The translations under genes and the position numbers were made by a program. Shown in pieces: positions 54,877-64,000 of a DNA stretch of 64,000 nucleotides. Origin of the DNA: TPA_inf: Saccharomyces (Eukaryota); contig BK006948.2 of NCBI GenBank assembly GCA_000146045.2, forward strand, positions 512,001-576,000. Reading direction: 5' to 3'. Each line of letters starts with the position of its first letter. Within the stretch, counting starts at the first letter, position 1. The notes beneath the pieces were generated by a model that worked only from the letters and a program-made list of their open reading frames with translations, had not been told where the DNA came from and made no database searches.

Positions 54877-57558
54877 CTAGTCTTCCTTTTGAGTGGTTTC
54901 TAATGTAGATTCTTGTTGTTCGTTAATTTGCTTCAAGCCGTTTAGCATTCCTGATTCGTTTGAAGATAGAGGAACAGATGCGCCAGCGAAAGATGATGAT
55001 GCAATGGTAGAGGAAGTGTTGGTCGAATCTCCCTTTTTGGAAATAAAGTGTCGTTTTGATTCTAGATAGGCTTCTCGCAATTGATTGTGGAGATACTTCT
55101 TTAAAAGGGCCATACCTATGGGATGACATTCTAACCTATAGAGTAATTTCGTAATAGCATAGCAGATTTTTGACGCCCTTCTTTCTAGTAGAGGAGAAGC
55201 CCTTAGCTTGGGTGAGATGACTGAGGATGCGTTTGTAAATTCGGGATAATTGGAATTTCCAGTACCCTGCCCATTACCTCCCAGAATCCTTATATTAGGG
55301 CGTGTACTCAGTTGTAAAAACTGTCTCAATGAAGAAGATTGAGCAATTCTGGTCAAATACGTTCTTCTCCTGGACAGAGATTTTGTGAAGGGCAAATCCT
55401 GCCCACTTTCTTTTGTAATAAATGTGAGGAAAAACGCCAAGATATCAAAACTGTAAATTTGAGTAAAAAGATCTATTGCTGATACTATAACACCGTGGGG
55501 ATCTTTTTCGATGCCCATATAGCTGTTAAAATTATCGAAACCCTGACGCACTTCGCTTTCAAAACTCCACCTAGAAATATTATCACCGTGTAACTGAGCT
55601 GTGGGTAATATTTTGAACGGAGAATAGTTCAAACAAGCGTTTAAAAACTTCTCAATGTTTGTCCTGCTTACCGATACCATGCGAAACAGCTCTTTAACAA
55701 TGTCCAATATTTGGCTTAATTGGGAATATATTTGCTCTGTGGAAAATAACTGGCATGTGTTTCCTAAGCTAAATAAACAATTATCCAAGTTAGACAATAG
55801 TTCAATACTATGCAGTGTAAAATAATCAAAGAACTCCGGGAAAATGAAAAAATCTTTATAAAACATGATATATTCATCTTTTAGTGCTATATTAGGTGGA
55901 ATTTCTCGTCTTTTCAAAGCGTCCAGAAGGTTTTCCAACTGAAGAACATTCAGCCTTCTCAAAACGCTCATGATAGTATCACTATCATGATATTCGTCGA
56001 TAAGAAGAGAAAAGAGCTTCTGGCCCAAGTTTACCTGACTTTCGTTGACTGCGTTGGTTGAGAAATGAGGCCTATTGAATATCTTTCTCAAAGGGTTAGG
56101 CCCAATCTTCACTTCTGCCACTGTATCTGGCTTTTCTTTTTCTGGACTATTATTTTCATAAAACACTCCCTCATCCACATCGTAGTAATAATCCCAGATA
56201 TCTAACTGGTATCGGAAAATTGGATTGGCAGTTCCGATAATTGCAAAGCATCCGACAAAATCACTATTCGATGCTACATACGCCCGCAAACCGTCAACAA
56301 GAGAAATGTCCATATAGGGAAAAATCAACGCAGCATTTCCTTTGAAGTATGATTGTGGATCGCTAGCATAAGTTGCCGTTATGTTGGCTAATGACAAAAT
56401 AAAAGCGCATAGGTCTTCTTTACTCAGTTTAGTTGAATTGATGACTAACTTCCATGCATTAACTTTTTGTCCGGCTTTAAGAAGGTAAGGGACAAATTTA
56501 TCCAAAAATTTTAAAACTAGTTCATTATAATCATTTTCAATATAAATAGGCTCTCTTCTAATCATATTAAATTGCAATGGGATTTTTAACAAAAATGGCG
56601 GGAGCGTCTTTGGCTGAAATCTTGTAAAATGATATTGAATGAGTTGGTCATGAAAAGTCACAATGTTACCATACTTGTCCTTAGTGTCAAATCCATTGAT
56701 GCAAAAGAGTTTCTTTAAAGTGGAATCCGGGTCTAAAAATACTTTGGTAATGATAGATTCGTCATGGATAGAGTGTAGCACTTCTTGTATACTACTTTTG
56801 GAATGTATGTCATTAATCAATGTAAGGTCAATACTGTTTAGCATATTAAAGCAATCAAGCAGTATGTCTGTAGCAGCAGCTTGAGTGGGAGCTTTCATAT
56901 ACAAGTCTAACACTAATACAATAATATTTTTGAATGCAAAGAAGGTTTTTAATGGTGTTCCGATGGCAATCGACTTGATTACTGCCCCTCTATCGTTCGT
57001 GGTGTCTAATACTGTGTTGGCGACATTTATGAAAAATAAAGGTTCGTTGTCGATGGCTTTCTGATTATTCTGAACTTCCTGGCATTCGAGCTCATCATCT
57101 TCCAAGACAATAGTGTATCTATTATTTTTTGCATCTTGATGATTTTCGGCATCGTAATATATGCTATTGGTAACACTACCATCTGACTGTTCACGATGAT
57201 GCAGATTGAAACTGAAACGAGGGTCTTTTGGCACAGGAAAGAGTTGATAGTTTTGAGTAAACTTATTGTAATAAAGGGTAAACACTGTAATATCTTGTTT
57301 GCCGGGATTTCTCTCTATGCTACTCGGTATCATTAAACTTGCCAAGTTCATAGACACCGACGTATTGCCGTTGCGTTGCTCATGTGAGAACTGATTGAAA
57401 CCTGGAATATCTTTCGGGTATTGGTGCTTCAAAATAGGACCTAATTTATTATCAAATTCTGCGGATATTATATAGCTGACATTCGGCCTTTCAAAAGGAA
57501 AGGATTCATTTTCTATCGACCTGTTGCTGATAGAGTTATTTAGTTCTCTTCGCAACAT
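54877..57558 (-). CDS. AFI1: Arf3-interacting polarity protein (DENN-like/AVL9-related), 893 aa.
   Basis: An intact 893-codon ORF whose position and length match YOR129C; I recognise the sequence as AFI1 by recall, not by any search. Confidence 0.75.
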   Translation of the reverse strand: MLRRELNNSISNRSIENESFPFERPNVSYIISAEFDNKLGPILKHQYPKDIPGFNQFSHEQRNGNTSVSMNLASLMIPSSIERNPGKQDITVFTLYYNKFTQNYQLFPVPKDPRFSFNLHHREQSDGSVTNSIYYDAENHQDAKNNRYTIVLEDDELECQEVQNNQKAIDNEPLFFINVANTVLDTTNDRGAVIKSIAIGTPLKTFFAFKNIIVLVLDLYMKAPTQAAATDILLDCFNMLNSIDLTLINDIHSKSSIQEVLHSIHDESIITKVFLDPDSTLKKLFCINGFDTKDKYGNIVTFHDQLIQYHFTRFQPKTLPPFLLKIPLQFNMIRREPIYIENDYNELVLKFLDKFVPYLLKAGQKVNAWKLVINSTKLSKEDLCAFILSLANITATYASDPQSYFKGNAALIFPYMDISLVDGLRAYVASNSDFVGCFAIIGTANPIFRYQLDIWDYYYDVDEGVFYENNSPEKEKPDTVAEVKIGPNPLRKIFNRPHFSTNAVNESQVNLGQKLFSLLIDEYHDSDTIMSVLRRLNVLQLENLLDALKRREIPPNIALKDEYIMFYKDFFIFPEFFDYFTLHSIELLSNLDNCLFSLGNTCQLFSTEQIYSQLSQILDIVKELFRMVSVSRTNIEKFLNACLNYSPFKILPTAQLHGDNISRWSFESEVRQGFDNFNSYMGIEKDPHGVIVSAIDLFTQIYSFDILAFFLTFITKESGQDLPFTKSLSRRRTYLTRIAQSSSLRQFLQLSTRPNIRILGGNGQGTGNSNYPEFTNASSVISPKLRASPLLERRASKICYAITKLLYRLECHPIGMALLKKYLHNQLREAYLESKRHFISKKGDSTNTSSTIASSSFAGASVPLSSNESGMLNGLKQINEQQESTLETTQKED

Positions 57559-57928
57559 CCGGTAGCCAAAAATGTTTGCGTACCAAAGACTCTAACAGTG
57601 GGCGGTACTATGCTTGATCTTGATTTTATAGAGCTTGCACTTTTATAGAAGAACCATTGCTACCTAGACAGTTTTTTTTGTTTACATTCGAATCATTTTT
57701 TTTTTTGCATTTAGTTAAATCCGAAGTCCTGACTAGATAATTTACTGTCAGAGAATAGTAGCATCTATGCAAGAAACTGGTATACAATAGTCGAGAGGTT
57801 GTTGTAAAAAACACAAAATACTAACACAAAGCCTGGCTGTTGAGATTGTGCGACATTCTTGATCAGTAAATGGTATTACAGACTGTCTATCAATGTTACA
57901 TACTTGCTTATTACACGATTTATTGTAT

Positions 57929-58807
57929 TTAAAGTGCAGAAAGAGTCTCAAAGATGTAAAAAACTGCAGCGTTTGCTGGTACTGCCCTAAAAAGGGTTAT
58001 ACCCAGTCCTCGATAAAAACCCTTTAGTCCAAATTTGCCAAATATCTTCTTCACCGCATTGGTGAGGCTTATATGTTCAGTTTGCATTACTGATTTCACA
58101 GTATCCGCAGGAAAAATACTGGCGTTGAATGCCAATCCAGCGCTCCCTCCACTAATAAGTAGTTCCCATATCTTACTTTCATCTCTTTTTGGGTCATCAA
58201 GGGAGTGCCTATCTTTCAACGACTTCTTAACTATTTCGTAGGTTGCAAACCAGGCAACACCACCGAAGCTTTCTCGAATAAAAGTGCCCGATTGCCCTTG
58301 CCACAATCCTGCCAATCCTCTCTCAGTTATAATTGCTTTTATTGTAGGCAACACCTTTGTATGTTTCGTTTTAGCTGATGCAACTTGTAAGTTCGCAACC
58401 TGCAACTTACACTTCACCAGCTCCACGGGTGTCAAAACTAAACTAGCACATGAACCCGCTACTCCACCAGAGATCAGGATTTGCCCCAACGGGGAAACGT
58501 TTGTATGTTTTTCTAAAAATTTAGAACATTGGTTATAAGACACAAATAATGTCGCGTTCTCCAGACATGCTCCAACTAAAGGTGAAGCAATGCCTTGAAA
58601 AAACCCTCGTGCTATTCCTTCATTTTGGTAAGTAAATTTTATACAAGACCATGTTGTTGGGAACACGTTGGATGCTTGTGTTTGCAACCTGACTTTCACA
58701 GTATCGAAAGGAAACTCGATCACCTTACCACAGGCGCCTGCAATGGAACCGTTTATTATATCGAGTATAGCGCCTTCTATTAATCCTTTCTTTTTACTGT
58801 CCTCCAT
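57929..58807 (-). CDS. ORT1: Mitochondrial ornithine carrier (mitochondrial carrier family), 292 aa.
   Basis: Three carrier repeats with Px[DE]xx[KR] signatures (PFDTVKVRLQ, PVELVKCKLQ, PADTVKSVMQ). Confidence 0.9.
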   Translation of the reverse strand: MEDSKKKGLIEGAILDIINGSIAGACGKVIEFPFDTVKVRLQTQASNVFPTTWSCIKFTYQNEGIARGFFQGIASPLVGACLENATLFVSYNQCSKFLEKHTNVSPLGQILISGGVAGSCASLVLTPVELVKCKLQVANLQVASAKTKHTKVLPTIKAIITERGLAGLWQGQSGTFIRESFGGVAWFATYEIVKKSLKDRHSLDDPKRDESKIWELLISGGSAGLAFNASIFPADTVKSVMQTEHISLTNAVKKIFGKFGLKGFYRGLGITLFRAVPANAAVFYIFETLSAL

Positions 58808-58976
58808 TATACGTTGACCTTCCAGAATTTGAGTTCCCTATAGGTTAAAGAAAAGTTTCTACGACAAAGCATCTACGCTTTAACAATTAACTATACCCGT
58901 GCTTCGATAATTTCACACTTTTCTGAATCTATCGACGCCAGGAGCAGAGAACTTATCATTGGCGATTCTTGACGCT

Positions 58977-58998
58977 GCGGCCACAGCGGCCACAGCGG
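58977..58998. repeat. Short tandem repeat (GCGGCCACA x2 plus GCGG) in the ORT1 upstream region.
   Basis: The sequence is gcggccacagcggccacagcgg, GC-rich, about 170-190 bp upstream of the ORT1 ATG. Confidence 0.8.
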
Positions 58999-59031
58999 AA
59001 AACGTATATGTCACATTTTTCGAGCTCAAGG

Positions 59032-59038
59032 TGAGTCA
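59032..59038. promoter_or_regulatory. Palindromic Gcn4 site TGAGTCA upstream of ORT1.
   Basis: An exact TGA(C/G)TCA match about 225 bp upstream of the ORT1 (ARG11) ATG. Confidence 0.5.
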
Positions 59039-59282
59039 CGATGCAGAACTGGAACGTACTAGGACTAAGTTGCAACGATGAAACTACAATGCTACGCTTT
59101 CTTCGTGCTAAGTACTCATTGTATCCATTAATATGGTCCACAAAAAGGGTAGGCTGCTGTTGTGCTTCATTAAGACTGGTCAAAAACACGGATCCAGCAG
59201 CAACAGCACCTGCATGGATGGAATAGGATTGGTGCTAAATCACTTGGAATTAAACACAAGGATTTTGGTCGGCAATATTATA

Positions 59283-59489
59283 TAAATATAGTCAGATGAG
59301 TGCTTCATTTTTGTTGATAAGTATTAATGAAGATTAAGTGTGGATAATACTGTCTTTGATACTATACATTTAATGTGACGAATTGTATGACTCGTATACA
59401 TAACTACCAAAGCGTAGATCTTTAACTTATTTTCAGCACTGTCCGAAATGCTCAGTTAGCAGTTTAGTACATTCACGTTAAAACGTGTA
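59283..59489 (+). mobile_element. Possible truncated Ty LTR fragment (5' end TGTTG...), interrupted by the downstream delta element.
   Basis: It starts TGTTGATAAGTATTAATGAAGATTAAGTGTGGA, an LTR-like 5' terminus, and ends where the delta LTR begins. I could not assign it to a Ty family by eye. Confidence 0.3.
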
Positions 59490-59807
59490 TGTTCGAATAA
59501 AAATCAACTCACTCATCGACTGATATTCATACTACTGGTATATTGTCATACGGTGTAAGAAGATGACATAAAATCGAAAAACAATGGTAAAGTATAATGG
59601 CAACTGAAATGCAAGGATTTGATAACGTCATAAAATGATGAAAAATATAAAATGGAGGGAGAAGTAACAGGTACGTAGAAATATTGGTTCCCTTTATGGA
59701 TCCCTATATCATCGTGCAGAACTTCTCGTATATTCGATATACCTAAATTATAGCCCTTAACAATAATGAAATCCTAACGATTATCCCGAAAATTCACCTA
59801 TTTCTCA
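59490..59807 (+). mobile_element. Degenerate solo delta LTR (Ty1/Ty2), about 318 bp.
   Basis: It starts TGTTCGAATAAAAATCAACT... (delta consensus TGTTGGAATAGAAATCAACTA...) and ends ...TTTCTCA. Internal blocks match delta: ATACGGTGTAAGAAGATGAC, GAAATGCAAGGATTTGATAA, CCCTTTATGGATCCCTATATC...GAACTTCTCGTATAT. It lies about 150 bp upstream of a tRNA gene, the typical Ty1 target window. Confidence 0.7.
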
Positions 59808-59957
59808 GTATATGAAATGTACATTAACGTAAACACTCATCTTGCTACCATCATTATTTATATTGACATTAATGATCACTTGCTGCAACATTTTTTTATT
59901 TTTTCAAATCATATGAAACAAGTATTAATAAAAACACCGTTAACCCAACAATTAAAA

Positions 59958-60029
59958 TCCGTGATAGTTTAATGGTCAGAATGGGCGCTTGTCGCGTGCC
60001 AGATCGGGGTTCAATTCCCCGTCGCGGAG
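59958..60029 (+). tRNA. tRNA-Asp (anticodon GUC), intronless, 72 nt.
   Basis: The sequence TCCGTGATAGTTTAATGGTCAGAATGGGCGCTTGTCGCGTGCCAGATCGGGGTTCAATTCCCCGTCGCGGAG matches yeast tRNA-Asp. It has an A box (TAGTTTAATGG), a B box (GGTTCAATTCC), and the GTC anticodon in the loop CTTGTCGCG. Confidence 0.95.
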
Positions 60030-60030
60030 A

Positions 60031-60037
60031 TTTTTTT
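60031..60037 (+). terminator. RNA polymerase III terminator (T7 run) directly after tRNA-Asp.
   Basis: TTTTTTT begins 2 nt after the tRNA 3' end. Confidence 0.85.
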
Positions 60038-60181
60038 GCTGATTTGATGTGTTCTCGAACTTTGTGATGCCGAAAAAATCAAGGTAATTCCGCCATAGCT
60101 ACTATATTAGCTCTAAAAAACATCTAAGAATAAAATGGTATTTCAATCATATGTACATATCTAAGTAAAGTTTTTTTTTTT

Positions 60182-60838
60182 TTAGAAACTTTCTTTATTC
60201 ATATTTTGAATCAATTCAATTATTTCGGAAAGATCCTCTACTGAAACGTCTACTAGTTCTTTATGTTCGAGCAGTAAATGTCCATTCACATGATTCTTGA
60301 GTAATACCGTGAAACATCCAGCAGATCTACCGGATTTCATGTCGTCAAATGAATCTCCTACCATGATCATTTCCAAGGGCCTTATATTTAGCTTCGAGGC
60401 GATGTGTAATAATGGGTCTGGTTGCGGTTTTGTAGGCCTAAACTCCCTTGTCACAATATAGTCAAACCTCGAAAGCTCGGATGGAATAAATCTTTTAACA
60501 AAAGTCTCTACCGGGGCTCCGACATTTCTAGTACATATGTTCTTGCTAATACCATTTTTCGTCAAATACCTCATTATGTCAACCAGACCAGGCTGCGGTT
60601 GCATCTCCTTCATGGCTTTTGCCTCAACTAATTCTATTCTATCATGCGCTTCTTTTTTTTCTTTTTCTGTGGGCAATGTATCAATGAAATGAAGGATATC
60701 AATCGATTTGTCCTCCAATCCTATGGCGTTTCTCATTGCTGGAAACATCCAAGGCTGGGGTAGGCATAATGTGCCATCCATATCAAATACAACCGCTTTG
60801 ATGTGTTTTAATCCCTGTAGTCCTTGTAGCTTTGTCAT
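60182..60838 (-). CDS. HAD-superfamily hydrolase, 218 aa (YOR131C).
   Basis: HAD motif I DMDGTL (VVFDMDGTLCLP), a motif II-like T, and a motif III/IV block (MIMVGDSFDDMKSG). The ORF track starts 5 codons earlier; the internal Met MTKLQ gives the expected 218 aa. Confidence 0.75.
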   Translation of the reverse strand: MTKLQGLQGLKHIKAVVFDMDGTLCLPQPWMFPAMRNAIGLEDKSIDILHFIDTLPTEKEKKEAHDRIELVEAKAMKEMQPQPGLVDIMRYLTKNGISKNICTRNVGAPVETFVKRFIPSELSRFDYIVTREFRPTKPQPDPLLHIASKLNIRPLEMIMVGDSFDDMKSGRSAGCFTVLLKNHVNGHLLLEHKELVDVSVEDLSEIIELIQNMNKESF

Positions 60839-61174
60839 TATTCTGTGATACACTTTCAGTGACTATTGAACCGTATATATTGCCCGACTATCCTAATGAT
60901 TGTGTTAGCGGCACCTGGCGATTGAGTCGAACACCCTGATATTTCGTTATAAGATATATATGACTTTTCTGGTTTTTTCGTTTTCTTTACACTTTTTTCC
61001 ATAGCACGCGTTCAAAGCCTAATTTTGTAGAAAGGGGACGTTTTCAAGAGTGATTGAACTAGTTGAATATACTGTTTTGGTTTTGGTAAACGCCAAAATA
61101 GTTTGTTTTGAAAAGCTGATCTAATTTTTTTTTGCCGTACTGTACCCTTAGTCAATCCATCTATCCTCTGAACA

Positions 61175-62830
61175 ATGACTTCGGCTGTACCTTATGATCC
61201 ATATGATGATCTGGATAACAATCCATTTGCTGAGCCCCAGGAGGAAGATTCTGAACCTGCTGCAACAACCACAGATGGATCATCTTCTATGTCAGAGGAG
61301 CGTGTAGGTACTGAGCAAACTGCAGCTTCCGTTCAGGACAACGGAACTGCAAATAACATTCAAAATGGTCTTGGTGAAGAAGGAAACGCAACACGATCAA
61401 AAACTTCAAACGAACACAATGAAAACCAACAACCATCTCAACCATCAGAACGTGTTATACTTCCTGAAAGAAGTGATGAGAAAAAAAAATACACTCTACT
61501 TGCAAAAGTAACAGGATTGGAACGATTTGGATCTGCAACCGGTAAGAAAGAGAATCCGACTATTATATTTGATTGCTCCACAAATTTGCCAACATTTCGC
61601 AAACAACAATACAAGAATGTCAAAAAATCATACGAAGAATTCCACCAATTGTTCAAATATCTGAATGTTGCCATTCAGGAATCTTTTGTTCCTACTCTTC
61701 CCTCTGCGTATACTACATTCGGAATTAATAGCGAAGAAGATAGGATGAAAGTAACGCGAAATTTCCAACTTTGGTTTAACAGGCTATCGCAAGACCCCTT
61801 AATTATTCGGAATGAAGAAGTGGCCTTTTTCATTGAAAGTGACTTTAATACGTACACACCCATCAACAAGTCCAAATCACTCGCATCTGGGTTGAAAAGA
61901 AAAACATTGAAACAATTAGCACCTCCATATGATGAAATCACAGAATTAGCAGAATTCCGGCCATTAGTCAAGTCTATATATGTTGTTTCTCAGAGCTTGC
62001 AAGAAAAACTGCTAAGAGTTTCCAGAAATCGCAAGATGATGGTTCAAGAAGAAAATGCCTTCGGCCAGGATTTCGTTAATCTAGATGAGCACAATAAACT
62101 TTACAGAAGATACGGTAAAATATTGACTGCTGTGGGTGATATTGATAGCATTATAGCAACCATGGACATGGCGACATTGTACGATGGTTTAGAGTGGATT
62201 GTCAGAGATGCTTATGCCGTGAAGGAAGCATTGACCAACAGGCATTTTATCATGCGAAATCTAGTACAGGCACAGCAGAATTCAAAGGCGAAACAGGAAC
62301 AAGCACGCAGGTTCCGGTCAAGAAGAGATATTAACCCTATGAAAATCGATGAAGCACTACGTCAGTTGAAAGCTGCAGCTAAAAACGAACAAGTTTTGAC
62401 CCTTAAGCTTCAACGAATCACGTCCAACATGATTATCGAGAGAAAACAGTGGATTAGCTGGTATGAAGAATGGATAAGAAGCTCGATCAAAGAATTTACA
62501 CTAAGAAAGATAGAGTATGAAAGAAAGAAGCTGACGTTACTAGAACGAGTACGTTCTGATATCAGAAAAGCTGATGAAAACGGAGGTTTGTCACGTCTAG
62601 GACGCCATGCTGTCTCAAACAACAACTCCGATACTTCTCAAACCCTTAAAGGGGACAGTTGGACGGGAGAGAGCAACCGCAAAAGTCAAATCCCCATCAA
62701 CAAGATCGCTCATACCGAATTTGATGATGAACTATTCACTGAAGACGATGGGTACAACTCTCAGGACTCAGACACTACATCACTGAATGCGCGCCATGCT
62801 GCTTCACTTTTGGGCATGTCCACTAAATAA
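61175..62830 (+). CDS. VPS17: Retromer sorting nexin (PX-BAR), 551 aa.
   Basis: Central PX-like region followed by a long coiled-coil/BAR region. Length and synteny match YOR132W. Confidence 0.8.
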   Translation: MTSAVPYDPYDDLDNNPFAEPQEEDSEPAATTTDGSSSMSEERVGTEQTAASVQDNGTANNIQNGLGEEGNATRSKTSNEHNENQQPSQPSERVILPERSDEKKKYTLLAKVTGLERFGSATGKKENPTIIFDCSTNLPTFRKQQYKNVKKSYEEFHQLFKYLNVAIQESFVPTLPSAYTTFGINSEEDRMKVTRNFQLWFNRLSQDPLIIRNEEVAFFIESDFNTYTPINKSKSLASGLKRKTLKQLAPPYDEITELAEFRPLVKSIYVVSQSLQEKLLRVSRNRKMMVQEENAFGQDFVNLDEHNKLYRRYGKILTAVGDIDSIIATMDMATLYDGLEWIVRDAYAVKEALTNRHFIMRNLVQAQQNSKAKQEQARRFRSRRDINPMKIDEALRQLKAAAKNEQVLTLKLQRITSNMIIERKQWISWYEEWIRSSIKEFTLRKIEYERKKLTLLERVRSDIRKADENGGLSRLGRHAVSNNNSDTSQTLKGDSWTGESNRKSQIPINKIAHTEFDDELFTEDDGYNSQDSDTTSLNARHAASLLGMSTK

Positions 62831-63097
62831 TACGTATATAAAGTAGAAAATTCATACCTTTGAACAAGGTGATCTTTTTCCTTTAGTTGATATTAATCCC
62901 GGGTAAACTTCCGTGTTGCACTTTTAAAATTTTTTTTCAAATCTCACCTAGAAAATTTTTTTTTGCCATGAGCCTTCCTTTAATTAATCTCAATTGCATA
63001 CTACTGTTGTATTAAACGCTTCACTGGTTTTTTTACTTAACCCCATTTGCCAGAAAGCCAGACCTACGCACCCAAGAATTTTTAATAACAGATAAAA

Positions 63098-64000
63098 ATG
63101 GTTGCTTTCACTGTTGACCAAATGCGTTCTTTAATGGACAAAGTTACCAATGTGCGTAACATGTCCGTTATTGCTCACGTCGATCATGGTAAGTCCACTT
63201 TGACCGATTCCTTGGTCCAAAGAGCCGGTATTATTTCCGCTGCTAAGGCTGGTGAAGCTCGTTTCACCGATACCAGAAAGGATGAACAAGAAAGAGGTAT
63301 CACTATCAAGTCTACCGCTATTTCTCTATACTCTGAAATGTCTGACGAAGATGTCAAGGAAATCAAGCAAAAGACCGACGGTAACTCCTTCTTGATCAAC
63401 TTGATCGACTCTCCAGGTCACGTTGACTTCTCCTCTGAAGTTACTGCCGCTTTACGTGTCACTGACGGTGCTTTGGTTGTCGTCGACACCATTGAAGGTG
63501 TCTGTGTCCAAACCGAAACTGTTTTGAGACAAGCTTTGGGTGAAAGAATCAAGCCTGTTGTTGTTATCAACAAGGTCGACAGAGCTTTGTTGGAATTGCA
63601 AGTTTCTAAGGAAGATTTATACCAAACCTTTGCCAGAACTGTTGAATCCGTTAACGTCATCGTTTCCACCTACGCCGATGAAGTTTTGGGTGATGTCCAA
63701 GTTTACCCAGCCAGAGGTACCGTTGCCTTCGGTTCCGGTTTGCACGGTTGGGCTTTCACTATCCGTCAATTCGCCACCAGATATGCTAAGAAATTCGGTG
63801 TCGACAAGGCCAAGATGATGGACAGATTATGGGGTGACTCTTTCTTCAACCCAAAGACCAAGAAGTGGACCAACAAGGACACTGATGCTGAAGGTAAGCC
63901 ATTGGAAAGAGCTTTCAACATGTTCATCTTGGACCCAATCTTCAGATTATTCACTGCTATCATGAACTTCAAGAAAGACGAAATTCCAGTTTTGCTAGAA
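63098..64000 (+). CDS. EFT1: Translation elongation factor 2, 5' portion (first ~300 codons); continues beyond the window end.
   Basis: ATG at 63098 opens a frame reading [39 protein letters not shown]...: EF-2 G-domain with G1 [10 protein letters not shown]3 DSPGH and G4 NKVD. No stop before position 64000, so it is missing from the ORF track. Chromosome XV synteny means EFT1, not EFT2. Confidence 0.9.
   Translation, partial: MVAFTVDQMRSLMDKVTNVRNMSVIAHVDHGKSTLTDSLVQRAGIISAAKAGEARFTDTRKDEQERGITIKSTAISLYSEMSDEDVKEIKQKTDGNSFLINLIDSPGHVDFSSEVTAALRVTDGALVVVDTIEGVCVQTETVLRQALGERIKPVVVINKVDRALLELQVSKEDLYQTFARTVESVNVIVSTYADEVLGDVQVYPARGTVAFGSGLHGWAFTIRQFATRYAKKFGVDKAKMMDRLWGDSFFNPKTKKWTNKDTDAEGKPLERAFNMFILDPIFRLFTAIMNFKKDEIPVLLE

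Noticed and set aside
62831-63097. Possible Rap1 site (ACGCACCCAAGAA) in the short EFT1 promoter.
   Set aside because: Only a partial match to ACACCCRYACAYM. It cannot be distinguished from chance without a PWM scan.
1-64000. Search for CRISPR arrays, prokaryotic defence-system gene clusters, integrons or large inverted repeats.
   Set aside because: None present. The only repeats are microsatellites, codon repeats and Ty LTR fragments. The sequence is eukaryotic: spliceosomal intron, Pol III tRNA gene, yeast codon usage.

Overview
This window looks like a contiguous stretch of Saccharomyces cerevisiae nuclear DNA, most likely the right arm of chromosome XV from YOR099W to YOR133W. I base that on the protein sequences, which I recognise by recall, and on the gene order. 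I see no evidence of a novel or undescribed system. It is a densely packed, ordinary yeast chromosomal region, with roughly one gene per 1.9 kb.

I can support about 35 protein-coding genes: KTR1 (5'-truncated), CRC1, RAS1, OST2, PIN2, VAM3, RGS2, LEU9, INP53, TFC7, YOR111W (Maf-like), CEX1, AZF1, YOR114W, TRS33, RPO31, RPT5, RTC5, RIO1, GCY1, PFY1, LEO1, UBP2, CAT5/COQ7, IAH1, RGA1, ADE2, AFI1, ORT1, YOR131C, VPS17 and EFT1 (3'-truncated at the window end). PFY1 is the only spliced gene I found; it has a 13-nt first exon and a 209-nt canonical intron. There is one tRNA-Asp(GUC) gene with a Pol III T-run terminator. About 150 bp upstream of it lies a degenerate solo Ty1/Ty2 delta LTR, possibly nested in an older LTR fragment.

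Promoter motifs readable directly from the sequence include:
- an exact PACE/Rpn4 site upstream of RPT5;
- Gcn4/Bas1 TGACTC sites upstream of LEU9, ADE2 and ORT1;
- poly(dA:dT) tracts;
- a (TA)12 microsatellite.

Low-complexity codon repeats sit inside AZF1, PIN2 and LEO1.

The things most worth a second look are all small-scale:
- an unusually GC-rich island inside the 1.4-kb VAM3-RGS2 intergenic region;
- an out-of-frame upstream AUG overlapping the RGS2 start;
- a long antisense ORF inside CEX1.

Every gene and family name here rests on recall plus synteny, not on a search. All coordinates come from reading the provided sequence and ORF track.
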